In this document: piece after piece, positions 26,085 through 38,529 of the stretch
Position numbering within the stretch: position 1 is the first letter of the stretch
Layout: each line of letters starts with the position of its first letter
NCBI GenBank assembly: GCA_016748015.1
Contig: JAAOMT010000376.1
Span: forward strand, 62,001 to 126,000
Source: Geosiphon pyriformis uo1
Taxonomy: Eukaryota > Fungi > Glomeromycota
Direction: 5' to 3'
DNA length: 64,000 nt
Notes under the pieces: generated by a model
The model's input: the letters and a program-made list of their open reading frames with translations, nothing else
What the model was told of the DNA's origin: nothing
The model's database searches: none
Translations under genes and position numbers: made by a program

Positions 26085-27571
26085 TTAATCATTGAAAATT
26101 ATTCCCCAATCAGGTTTTTGTATATAGCGTTGCTTTTTGGTTTTACTCAAGGCGTTTATGGCTTCAAAGTATTTAGTTTCAAGAAAAATTTCTTCATAAA
26201 ATTCTCGCAAGTCCATATTCGTCATGCCAGGTGCAATTACTGATGTACCACGTTGCATCCCCCAGGCAAGAAGCACCTGCCGCGGGTCTTTACCCATCTT
26301 TTCCGCAATATCTAGGATAGTAGGATCACGCCGAACTTCAGAATCCCTAAGGCCATATGGAGCATTCGAAGACACGTGAATATTACGTTTTTTGCAGAAA
26401 TCCAATAATTCGTTCTTGCAAGGTGAATCATTTAAAGATAGAATTTAGATTTAGCGAGTGAGATTTGTAGTAAATCAAAGATTGAGCGGTCAACTAACTT
26501 GTGGCAAATACGGATGCAATTCCACTTGAATAACGGCGGGTGTAATTTTCGTCTTTTTAATTAATCTGTCTAACTTGTTAATATCAAAATTGGCGACCCC
26601 AATCGCTTTGGCTTGACCGCATTCCATCAGTTTTTCCATTGCTAAATAAGTATCCACGTAATCAATATCCTCAATATCATCAATTGAATATGAATTTTTT
26701 TTCACGGATGAAGATTCCGTTTCATTGGTTATTGTTATCGTTGAACCTTGCTTAACTGAAGCCACCATTTCATGCTGCTTAAATGCAACTGGCCAATGCA
26801 TTAAAAACCTGGGTATGAATAATAATGTAAGAAAATCATTGAATCAATCCGAAACATTTTAAATTTAATTCGAATATACGCTCATCAGATACCCACTATT
26901 AGAAATATCAAGAATGATGAAAGCAACGAAATTACTCACAAATCAAAATAGGACGAGTTTATGCGGTTTAAAGATTCAATGGCAAACTCCCTAACTCTAT
27001 GTGGGGCATGGTCATGATTCCAAAGCTTTTATATTTTAGAATGGCTTATTAGTAATTCTAGAGTGGGGAATTTTGATTGAACGGAGACCTAATCAATATT
27101 TTTTAGTAGAGTGAAAAGGAATAAACCTAAAATGGCGATCAATTCCAAACGAATTACCTTTGACGTCAGGAAAAGGTTAGATCGATGCAAACGAGACATC
27201 TCGATTCCCTCGCCCAAGGGTATATCATTTTTATGCTATTTTTGAGGAAATGGTTTAAGAATATGTCGAGTTATTTGCGTAAGCCGGTAAAATTCAAAGT
27301 TTCATGTGGGAGCCTTACAATTGCCCCAGTATCAAGATGTCTGTATCCAATCGTTAGCAGTAACCTGACTCTAGCTCGTACCGCCCCGCTGTTATATTTA
27401 GTGTTCTTCACTACTGCTGGTACAGCGCAGCCAACTGTTGAGAGTAAGGATTAGTATAGGAAAAATTTTATTGATCACATGCAAAGTGAAACAAGTTTCA
27501 AAAAAACTGAAGCACGGACAAGCAGGTATGAAAGCGCCAGTATTTAATTTGAAGACTTTTCGAAGAGACAT
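26085..27571 (-). CDS. Aldo-keto reductase-fold protein with non-canonical active site; 6 exons 27571-27520, 27434-27319, 27235-27158, 27025-26940, 26808-26499, 26414-26085
   Basis: In-frame GT-AG splicing gives KLNTGAFIPAFG, IGYRHLDTGAIHKND, LFLTSKLWNHDH, YFDLFLMHWP, AKAIGVANF, IQVELHPYLPQ and QVLLAWGMQRG. Confidence 0.88.
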
Positions 27572-30500
27572 CAGAAGGATAAAAAAGTTGTTTATGCGAA
27601 AGAAATTTCTCTTCGATGAGTCAAAGTTATAAATAAATATATTATTATAATCAAATGAATATGCTAATAGATAGCAAGAAAAAATAGTATAAAAATAATC
27701 AAAAAAGTAATTTAACTTTAATGAGTAAATTAAATTAGTAAGAATTTATGCAAAATTAGTCTTATAAATATTTTTAGTTACTATTCTTTTCAAAAAATAA
27801 AAGAATTTGAAAGTAGAAAAATAGTTTGTATTGTTAACAAAAAATAATACACTAATATAATTTTTTTTTTTTTTTTTTTACGAGTGAAGTCCAAACACTA
27901 CCTAGTGCTATACATCAAAGAAATGATCTAAACTAGGCGTGAATCATGCACTTTCTACACGTGACCAGCCACTCGGGCCAATCAGAACAACACTACACAG
28001 CTATGTAAACTAAAACTGAGTTATTTACACCTGAAAAAAACAAACAAGATTTGCAAAAGCCAAAACGAACACTAAAAACATCAGTAATGCCAAGCAATTT
28101 GATCACCCCAGCTGACAACCCAGAGGCCAAACCAGAAACTGAAATGGAAACTGAATTTTTCTCTATATAAGCATGATGTTTAGCACGAACTGACTAGACA
28201 TCACTTCTAAAATTAAGATTAAGAGAGTGCACAAATTTAACAATCTTAAAACCAGTAATCTTGGGATTGTAAAAGATGGTGACTGCTTCACAAAACCAAT
28301 CATTAAAAACAAAACCCTTATAAAAAGTCATGGCCAAAGAGGAGTTAGAAACACATAAAGACAACATTTATAGTATGCCTGAAGATGAATGAAAGAAACC
28401 AAAGATTGCCTTCAAGGAGTCCACATAAAATTCCAACAACTAATGTTGGACAGAGTCATCAATCTTGCAAAAGAACACATGATTTAATGCTTTCATATCA
28501 CCACAATATAAGCATAACACACTTGGATATAGTTTATTATAAAGGTGCTTTTAAACAGCAACTGGCAGCTGGTGGTACAAAGCCTTCATAAAATAAGAGT
28601 GAATATTAGCCGAGGGTCTGCTAGTGAAACCAGCAGCCATGTGCAAGTTGGGGTGCCAAACCAAAAATAAACAGAGCCAGTCAACCTCAGAAAGCAAACC
28701 ACCTGCCAAAAACTTGGAATTAGAACCAATCTTCCAGTGCATATGACAAATCGAACGATAAATATCACGTATAAAATGTCTGAAATTGCCAGAAACCACA
28801 CTACCATCAGCCACTATGAATCTTTCATCCAAGCAATGAGGAAGATACCAACCAGAGAAAGAGGCATTACCAGCAATTGCATTAGCGTGCTCATTCCCCA
28901 AAATGTCAGAGTGGCCTTTAATTTTATGTCAGCTAACCTTCAACAATATGACAACATTCAATCCAACACTGATTATGAAAGTCAGAACATGCCAGACCTA
29001 ATTCAGACTTACAAGCATCCAGAGCAGATTAACTATCTGAAAACAGTTTAACAGAGCTCAGTAGGGGAACACACTCCAGAGCCAGCACAATAGCCTGTAA
29101 CTTTGCCAAAATAGATGACATTAAACCCAACATACCAATGCCCAAACCTAAATCAATGTTCTCAAAAAATGCAACAGTGCCAGCTCTATAACCAACTGTG
29201 CCCAGATTACTAAGAAACCCATCTGTATACACTGATAAATTGTTGGCACCAACTTGTAAGAGACAATCACAAACAGAAACAAAATTACTAGATTTAAGAA
29301 TGTTTAAAGAACCAGCCCCATCCAAAACTAAGAGATGAGTAAAAGAGAAATCTCTACCATCAAGAAATACAACAGAAAGCTTGAACCATTCAGGAACAGG
29401 GCCATAAGGGTTTAATTTTTTCTAATGCTTGAAGGTGTGTCAATCAAAAACAGAATCATGATGATCACAAAGTTAGTCTACAAAGGCAACATCATACTAT
29501 TAGAGAAAAAGAAAAAACCTGAGAAACTGTAACTCACCCAGAACAGCAGACATAGGAACCCCATCACAAAACCAAAAAGAATTGGCCAAAGAGCCATCCA
29601 GGGACAAACCACAATCAAGAAGAATACAAACCATGCCCACCAGAAAGTTAATAGAAGAACTGACACGAATATGCACAGAAGAACTCAATAGATGAACAGG
29701 GTGTCAGCACAGAACCTGCAAGTCATGGAACCTGTAAGAGAACAAATGTCCTAGGATGTCACATGAATTTGCAAAACTAACAAAAGAAGCCACTTTGCTC
29801 TTAGACTAAACTTGAAAGAAAGATTTCAAACCATAAAAAGAAGGGTGATAAACTGTATTACTAGAAAAATTGAGAAATAGGCCGGATTTAAACTTCAAGT
29901 CCCTACAAATCAAGGCATCTCACTTGTTGCATATACCAATAGGAACAAAGCTGAACTAAGTCCTATAACTAATTATAGGATAAAAAACTACTGACACCAA
30001 ATATAAGAACTGTTTATCTGAAACAGCTTTTTTCAGAACCAGGTTGGTAAAAAAACAAACGTCTGAATTCACTTTCACCAAACTAGGCTTTGAGAGACCT
30101 TCAGTTGAGAGAAAAATACCCAAATATTGATAAGATTTGCCCTTTTTGGCAATAGAAATCAGCAAGCCACTGATAGAAAGAAAAGAAGTGCTGACTCTGC
30201 TATTGATGAAAATGGCTACCATTTTGTTGTTATTGATAAAAATATCATTTATCCAAAAAAATTCACTTGTAACATCTAGAATGTGTTGAGTAGCTGCCTG
30301 ACTACTACCAACCCAAATTGTATCATCAACGAAAGCACCAGCAGCAAAAAAAAAAGAAAGCCTTACCTGGGACTCAGCACAACCATTCCTTAAAATAAAA
30401 TAAGAACTTAGCTTATAACCACATATGCTTTCCTGTCTCTTGACTTTGCATAGTAGAAGATCATAAAATATACGCCACAGGAAAAGAGAAAAAACCTCTC

Positions 30501-30806
30501 TTTGGTCCAAACCATCATGTACACAATAATCATTTGTCAGTCCAAAGTCTGTCATTATCCTGTTAGTACGATTTTTATAAATACTACCAAAAAACCAAAT
30601 AAATTTGTTACACATCTTGATCCTGACCAAATTTTTCTTGAGATGTTCCCAGCTGACTGAATTATATGCTTTTCATATATTCTGCAAAACCAACCAAAGT
30701 TCTCAATTCTTTTCCAATGCATCCTTAATCACTGATCCAACTGCAAAAATAGGAAACTGAGTTGTTATACCTTTTAAAACTGAAAAATTGTCCCCACAAA
30801 AAATGT

Positions 30807-31815
30807 TGTTACTGGAGGTTTTTGGTCTCTTTTCTTAAATGTTGTTAATGTCTGTTTGTTGTAAATTCACGTTTTCTAGAAGTAGTTGGACCTTCAGTAA
30901 CTGAATTTATTTTCAAATTATCTCCTATAATTTGACTTGTTGGGCTTATAAGTGGAATGGCCAATTTTGTGCCAGTTACTTTATGTAGTTATATTGTGGT
31001 AAATGTCAACTCTTTCCCAGAAATTGCTTGTCTGGAAGTTCACTAAAATGTGTAGTTACTTTGCTGTAAAAGTCAACTCTTCTACAGGAATCTCATCTGT
31101 AGGCTACCCTAATGATTGCAATAAAAAAATAAAAGAAAATAAAAGAAATATAAAAGAAATAAAATTCTGTCAAAGAAAACGTTTTCTATCCAGACCTGGA
31201 GTCACTAACAGTTTACTGAAATTGGTAGCTAATCAATTTCAAAATGTTAGTTGGGTTTTGGGGATTTTCCAAGTGCAATAATTAAAGAATTTTGGTTTTT
31301 CGAATTATTTGATATTTATTTTTTTTGTGTATGTAGGAACGGTTTTAAGAGATAAATCTAAAATAAGATATATTTTCCAAAAGAGAAAAGCTCTTCTTTT
31401 ATACAACTTGTTGTAGTACTAATCTATGAACTTGTACTTTTTCTCTTTGCTCAAATTTCGGCAAACTAAAAATACATTTTAATGAACTACAAGTTATTTC
31501 GCTGAACTATTGATTAATTTGGGTGAACTATTCATAATTTCAGCAAATTTCTATAAATTTCGGCGAATTTCATATAAATTTCAGCGAATTTCTGTAAATT
31601 TTGGTGAATTTTAGAATGTTATAAAGTTCAGAGTATTGTGTAATTTGATCATCTTACTTTCTGTTGTACTAATTGGATTATTAATTGAATTGTAATATAT
31701 GATAAATTAATTAAATAATAAGTGATAATTTGAATTAATATTAATATGTTAATTAATGATAGAAATTATAAGAATAATTTCATGCTAATTAATAGCTAAA
31801 ATTCTATTGGTAACA
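30807..31815 (-). mobile_element. Solo LTR related to the Gypsy LTR at 33479/42351
   Basis: Termini TGTTAC...GGTAACA and clear similarity to the 980-bp LTRs. Flanks ATGT and ACAT are consistent with an ACGT TSD deaminated on opposite strands. Confidence 0.92.
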
Positions 31816-33478
31816 ACATTAAAAGAGCTGTATGCCAAAGAGATCCTATCAGAAAGAATCTTGGAAAGGATCTTACAAGCTGTCTTGATTAAAGCAATAG
31901 AGTGGGTATTTGTGAGAACACCTTCCCACTTATATGGTTTAAGAATCATTGAGACCCAAGCTTTTACCCAAGGTCCAGGCACTAATTTGGAAGACAAACA
32001 AAAATTCAAAAGCATTAAAAGCATATCCAGAATCAACTTGTCATAATGTTTCCAAAGCTTGTTTGTAATACCCAAGAGACCAGCAGCTTTGCCATCAGGC
32101 AGATTGAAAATCACATTAAGCAGCTTATTAAGCTCAACTGAATGCATTACACCAGAAAAAGCTTCATCAAAAACATAATCCAATGGCCAATATTGACAAG
32201 ACCAAATATCAGAGACATCAGCAACCACATCACACTTCCTGGTCCAACCTTCCATAATAACATTCACATTAGATTTGACTGAATTGGGCTCCAAAATAAG
32301 CTTATCCTTAACAACTAGATGGTTCAGAACCACTTTGTGGAAAGGACACTCCAAAACACTCCTGATAGTATGACCTTTATTTATCTCGAAGCTTTCTATT
32401 CTCTTATTTATAGCAGCTCTAATATTTGCTTCCTTAGTTGCCAAAGATTCAGCAAGCTTGGATGCATGATAAGACTTTCTCATGCCAGAGAGAGCAAAAT
32501 AAACATGACTAAAGGTTGCACCAGAGTTAATAAGATCCTGAACAACTGAAGCTTTAATACTGTTTAAAAAGTCTCAGCACTTTATAAGAGAGCTGAAACT
32601 GCCAACATTGCCCTCATGAAAGGCCCTAACAATCTTTGAAACCAAAAGCTCCAACTTATGAAACTTCGAAAAAACTTTGGTAAAAACACTATCAAAATTC
32701 TTGAACCATTTTTTTCTAAATATCTCATTTGCAGAAAGGACTACTATTCTGTGTAAAACATCTCACATGACATCCAGATCTGAAAACTTTACAGTGGCAA
32801 CAAATTCATTAGAGAACATCTCAGCATTGACCAATATAGCATTTTTAAAATTTTCTCACCTATTGTCATTAGCACTTTTGAAATCAAACTTCCAATGATC
32901 TTTATTAACCTGCTTACAAAGAGAGTTCAACTGTATATCCAAAAGTCCACCCAAACTCACTGACACAAAAACAGCTCAATAATCAGTATCAAAAAATTTA
33001 CCAACATCACACACTACATAATCTATTATAGCATTGACTAAGTTTGCAGAAACAAACAAAAAATCAATAGTCTTAGCCATGTCCCGAAAGTTAGTTCATA
33101 TGGGCAATTTAACGAGAGAACTTCCACTCAAGAAATTGATCAAACCAAGATCCAGACACTTCTTGAAACTAGCACACCTTTGGGAGCCATCCTTATTGAA
33201 GTCACCATCCAAAACTACAAACAAAGATTCATTAACTGCCTTTGCTATCACAGAATTGATATTATTAGCCTGAAAGAAACGAACAGCCAGGGACACTCCA
33301 GCATAAAGCCCCAAAATTGACATAGAAAGTTTATTTTTGAACAACAGCTTGACTAAAAGGAGCCAACCAGACACCTCAGAAACTTTACAAACATGACAAG
33401 CTAGAGAAGTGTTCATAATAATTGCAATACCAGCACCAAAAAATCCCTTATCCAACCCAGATGAAAAAATTTTAACTC

Positions 33479-34458
33479 TGTTACCAGAGGTTTTTGGTCT
33501 CTTTTCTGTAATGTTGTTGATACTTATTTGCTGTGAATTCACGTTTTCTGGATGTGGTTGAACCTTCAATAACTGAATTTATCTTCAAATTATCTTCTAT
33601 AATTTGAACTTGCTGGACTTATGTGTGGAATGGCCAATTCCGTGCCAGTTGCTTTATGTAGTTACATTGTAGTAAATGTCAACTCTTTCTCAGAAATTGC
33701 TCGTCTGGAAGCTTACTAAAAATGTGTAGTTACTTTGCTGTGAAAGTCAACTTTTCTACAGGAATCTTGTCTGTAGACTACCCTAATGATTGTAATAAGA
33801 AAAGAAAAAAAAAATAAAAGAAGTGTAAAAGAAATAGGATTTTATCAAGGGAAACGTTTTCTATCCAGGCCTGGAGTCACTAACAGTTTACTGAAATTGG
33901 TAGCTAATCAATTTCGAAATGTTAGTTGGTTTTTGGGGATTTTTCAAGGACAATAATTAAAGAATTTGGTTTTTCAAATTATTTGGTATTTATTTCTTTT
34001 TGTGTGTGTAGAAATGGTTCTAAGTAATAAATCTAAAGTAAGATATATTTTCTCAAAGAGAGAAGCTTTTCTTTTATACAACTTGTTGTAATACTATTCT
34101 ATGAACTTGAACTTTGCTATTTTTTACAATTTCGCTGAACTAAAGATACATTTCAGCAAACTACAAGTTATTTCGGCGAACTATTAGATATTTCGGTGAA
34201 CTATCAATTATTTTGGTGAATTTCTACAAATTTTGGTGAACTTTTGAATGTTATATAGTTCGGGGTATTGCATGATTGATCATCGCAATTAGGTTACATT
34301 TGTGTTGTGTACAATTTGGGATATTAATTAAATGATAATTTCAAACATTTTTGCTAATGTAATAAGTGATCATTTGAAACTATAATATATGCTAATTAAT
34401 GATAGGAATTATAAGATAATTTCATGCTAAATAATATCTTTAATTTCGTCTGGTAACA
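33479..34458 (-). repeat. 3' LTR (980 bp)
   Basis: Direct repeat of 42351-43330; preceded on the minus strand by the polypurine tract. Confidence 0.95.
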
Positions 34459-35155
34459 TAACCTCCTCCTCAAGACTGAGCTCCATCAAAGTCCAAGTAC
34501 TGTCTGTTATTTCCAGATAATAATCCAAAATTATTGAAGAAATTTGGTCTGAAAATTGTTGAAATTTCAGTTCTGTAAGCTTTCCAATGTATTGGATCTT
34601 CAAAGGTTGAAAAATTGGGTTTTGTAGTATGTTTTTACAGGTGTGGAATAGGTTATAAAGTCTAAGAACAGCTCTAAGCCTGTAGTGACTGTTTGTTGAT
34701 CCAGCTGTTGTCTTGAATTTGTTGTGGAGTTGTTTCTGAATAGCTTTTTTTGTGAGGTTTGCTGTTGTAAGTTCCAGTTTCCGTTCATAGAGTGTTTTTC
34801 CAATGTGAAAATATCTATAGATTAGAGGATATTCAGTGTTTTCCTCATTGAGACACAGTTGAAGTTTTTGTTGAATTGTAGCATTTGGTGGAATACTAAT
34901 CGGAGTGAGCATTAGGTTTTCTCTTAAAGTAAGCTTTAAAAGTTCTGGCAGGTGAATTCCAGTATAACTTTTTGTGTTCTTTTTATACGGATGATATTTT
35001 CGTGAATTTAGGGCTAATTTTGTAACTACTTCTGTTTGGGTATAATTTATGTGGTTTCCAGTAATAGTAATGGATAATTCGGGTATTGTTTTTAAAGTTA
35101 ACATTAGTTTTTGGAATAATTGTTGAATGTTTTGAGGAATAGTCATTATAAGCAA
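34427..35155 (-). CDS. Extra ORF (ORF3) at the env position, about 240 aa, unknown function
   Basis: Uninterrupted ORF between integrase and the 3' LTR, running through the PPT into the LTR. No signal peptide or TM segment evident. Confidence 0.6.
   Translation of the reverse strand: MLIMTIPQNIQQLFQKLMLTLKTIPELSITITGNHINYTQTEVVTKLALNSRKYHPYKKNTKSYTGIHLPELLKLTLRENLMLTPISIPPNATIQQKLQLCLNEENTEYPLIYRYFHIGKTLYERKLELTTANLTKKAIQKQLHNKFKTTAGSTNSHYRLRAVLRLYNLFHTCKNILQNPIFQPLKIQYIGKLTELKFQQFSDQISSIILDYYLEITDSTWTLMELSLEEEVMLPDEIKDII
34462..34471 (-). other. Polypurine tract GAGGAGGAGG
   Basis: Lies 3 nt upstream of the 3' LTR on the minus strand. Confidence 0.85.
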
Positions 35156-35263
35156 TTTGAAAAAATAAAAAAATTATTTTTGGTGTATGGGTTTTTATGT
35201 TATTTTTGTTTTGTTTTTGTGAGATTGTTTCTAAATTAGAAGAGAATAACTAGTAAAATTAAA

Positions 35264-36638
35264 TTAAGTGTTCAGGTTGGAAGATTGTTCAATGACAACT
35301 ATTGGTTCTAAGTTTCGGGGAATATCTTCAGAACTGACCAAAGGGGAATGTGTACCAATTTGTGGAATTAATGGTTCAGGATTGTTTCTGGAATGATAGT
35401 GTTTCAAACGATTTCCATGTACAACTTTTACTAGGATTTTGTCATCAAGTCTTAGCTTGTATGATCCGTTGCCTAGGACTTCATAAATAAAGAATGGTTC
35501 ATCCCATTTATTTTCAAATTTTCCACTCCATTGTTTTTCAGCTTTAGTTCTGTGTAAGAGAACTTTGTTTCCAATTTTAAATTCATTGGTGACTGAAGGC
35601 AATTTGTCATTATGTCGTTCTTTTTGTTGAGCTTGGGAGTGTTCAATATGGGTGGCTGCTATTCGTTGTTTTCCTTCCAATGTGCTAAGCAGAATGTAGG
35701 CTCTTTGCTGAAGTGTTTCTTGGAAATTGTTTTTATTGATTGGTTGTGCTGGGTATGTTTCCACTGTGAAACTAATTGGTAACATTGCTGTCCTTCTATA
35801 AGTTAAATCAAATGGTATGTGTTTCGTGGTATCTTGTTTTAATGTCCTATATGCTAGTAACACTGATGGAATAAAGAGATCCCATTCTTGCTCAAAATCG
35901 GTTGAGACTTTGGCTAATGACTCACACAATGTTCTGTTAAAATGTTCCACAAGTCTGTTTGTTTGTGGATGGTAGGGCAAAGACAGAGGTCTTTTGACAT
36001 TAAATTGTTCACAAATTTCTTGTATCAGGTTGTTCACAAAGTGTGTTCCCTGATTAGATAAAAGTTCAATTGGACATCCATGTCTACAAATAATGTCTTC
36101 GTAGATGAAATTTTGCATCTGCTCATTGAATGGCTCTGGCTTCAGGCCATTTAGTAAGATAGTCTACAGCTACTGCAATATAACAGTTTCCTTGAGTGGT
36201 AATAGATAGTGGTCTGACTAAATTGATACCAACTTTGTCAAAAGGCTGTCCAACTTTGATTGGATTTAAAGGTTCTGTAGGGCAAGTTCCTCCTCTTCTT
36301 TGACAACTATCACAAGATTCGACATATTCATGAATGTCTTTTTTCATTCGAGACCAATAGTAGTATTCTAGTGTTCTTTGGGTGGTACTATCTTTTCCAA
36401 AGTGTGCTGACAAAGGATCTGAGTGCATATTGTATAAAATGGTCTCTTTTTCCTGTTCTTGTATTAATCTGAGTGATTTGATTGGGTTTTTGGAATTTCG
36501 ATGATAGATAATGTTGTTGTGTAGAAAATATTGTTTGGCTTGTTGTTGTAACCAATGTTTTTCGTTTGGGGACCAATCTGTTGGGATTGTTAATGTTTCC
36601 AAATATTGTTTGAGATTGTTGTAGTTTTCGGGGTTCAT
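35264..36638 (-). pseudogene. Gypsy integrase (HHCC zinc finger, DDE core, GPY/F-like C-terminus; no obvious chromodomain)
   Basis: MHSDPLSAHFG...CDSCQR, AVDYLTKWPEA, LSNQGTHF, YHPQTNRLVEHFNRTL, KWDEPF. Disrupted near 36120. Confidence 0.9.
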
Positions 36639-36687
36639 TGTTTGTTGTTTTGATGCTGTTAGTTCAAATGGGTGTTGGTTTTGTTTT

Positions 36688-37980
36688 CTAATCTTGCCTC
36701 ATTCTTGAAAGACAATCAATGTTGGTGTGGAGTTTTTCTGGTTTATGATGTATGATGTATTAGTAATTAGCTAAAAATCTTGTCCATTGGGTTTGTTTTG
36801 CATTCAGTTGGGTGTTTTTGTTTTGAAGCCATTTAAGTCCAATATTATCAGTGATAATATCGAATTCTTTGGGTCTGAGGTAAAGGTTGAAGTGATGTAG
36901 GGCCCAGATTACTGCTGTGGTTTCTAATTCTGTTGTAAGGTAGTTCTTTTCGGCTGGCTTTAATGTTCTACTAGCATAAACAATTACTCACTCATTTCCA
37001 TTGTCATCTAACTGTGATAGGATGGCACCAAAGGCAGTATAAGAGGCATCAGTTGCTAACCGAAATCGGTTGCTAAAGTCTGGGTAGGCGAGGATTGGAG
37101 CTGTTGTGAGTTTTTCCTTAAGTATCTCGAAGATGTTTTGGTGTTCTTCTGTCCATTTGTATTCGACATTTTTAGTAGTGAGCTGGTTGAGGGGTTTTGC
37201 AATTTCTGAGAATCCTTTGATGAATTTTCGGTAATAGGATGCTAATCCAATAAATCCTCTTAATTCTGTGGTATTTTGTGGAGTCTTGAAGTTTTTGACA
37301 GTACTAATTTTTCTGGGGTCTGGTTTAATTCCATCTTTGTTAACAATGTGACCAAGAAAAGCTAAACTTGTTTTTCCAAAGTAGCATTTTTCAATGTTCA
37401 GTTTCAATCCTGCTTTCTGTAATCATTGAAAAACTTCTCACAGGTGAATTAAATGTAGCTCGAAAGATGGTGAATAAACATCAGTGTCATCAAGATAAAC
37501 TACTACTGATTTTCAAAGGAGGTCTTTGTAAACAACATCCATGAGTCTTTGGAATGTTGCTGGTGCATTACATAATCCGAAAGGCATTACATTGAACTCG
37601 TAATTTCCTCCTTGAGTGGTGAATGCTGTTTTGGGGCAGTCTTTGGGATCCATAGCAACTTGCCAGTATCCACTCTCTAAATCTAATGTTGAAAAGTATT
37701 TGGACTTTCCAAGAGCATCCAACATGTTATCAATTCGGGAAAGAGGGTAGACATCCCCAATAGTGACACTGTTGAGTTGTCGGTAATCAACACAAAATCG
37801 TATCTTTCCATTTTTCTTTTTAACTAGGACCACAGATGAGGCCCATGGGCTTATTGATGGTTGAATAAGCCCATTGTTAAGCATCCGTTGTACTTCTTCT
37901 CGGATAAATTGGTGACTTTCTGGGGTGACTCGGTAGGCTTGTTGTTGCCTTGGTTTGGCATTTCCTGTATAGATTTGGTG
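36688..37980 (-). pseudogene. Gypsy reverse transcriptase and RNase H
   Basis: SPWASSVVLVKKK, RFCVDYRQLN, LDLESGYWQV, MPFGLCNAPATFQR, YLDD at 37486-37497, LATDAS, NIDCLSR. Contains in-frame stops. Confidence 0.95.
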
Positions 37981-38529
37981 TTAAACCAAATCAGTTCTTT
38001 CTAAGTCATTGTTGTTTTCGGCGAAGATGTCAGCAAATTCTGCAATTAGCTCTTTGAGCTGGGTCTGTTGTTGTGGTTTAAGTTGTCCCATGTTGATTTG
38101 AGATAGTTTTTCCATGACAACATGGTAGTTTTCAGAGCTAGGGTTTGGGTTGATTTTTGGTAGTAAATGTTCAATAATTTCAGGGAAATCGGGGACTGTT
38201 TGGGGTAATTCTTGTTGAAATATATTACTGTGAATAACTCCAATTTCTAAATTATTTAATAAAATTATGGGGTAATTATTGGGGTTGTAAAAAGTAACTC
38301 GGACTTTTTTTGTTCCTTTTGGAATATAAATGTTTGGGATCGAAATATTATGTTCCAAGCAGACTTGTTCATTGGACTCAAAAATTTGTTGTGTGGTTGT
38401 TGGCTTTGTGCAAGTGTAGATTTCCAGATGTTCTCCAAAAAGTGAGATGGTAATTAGTTGTGGAAGTCTGAGAATCTGGTGGGATTCGTTCTTTGTGTTA
38501 AGAACTATATTAACTGGAACTGTAAATCG

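Noticed and set aside
27940-27990. Hammerhead ribozyme in the LINE 3' UTR (CUGA...GAAA)
   Set aside because: The core reads CUGAUUG rather than CUGANGA, and GAAA does not follow stem II; two simple hairpins fit better.
33096-33569. 157-aa ORF as a novel fusion gene (also 31785-32483)
   Set aside because: Incidental read-through across LTR/LINE junctions.
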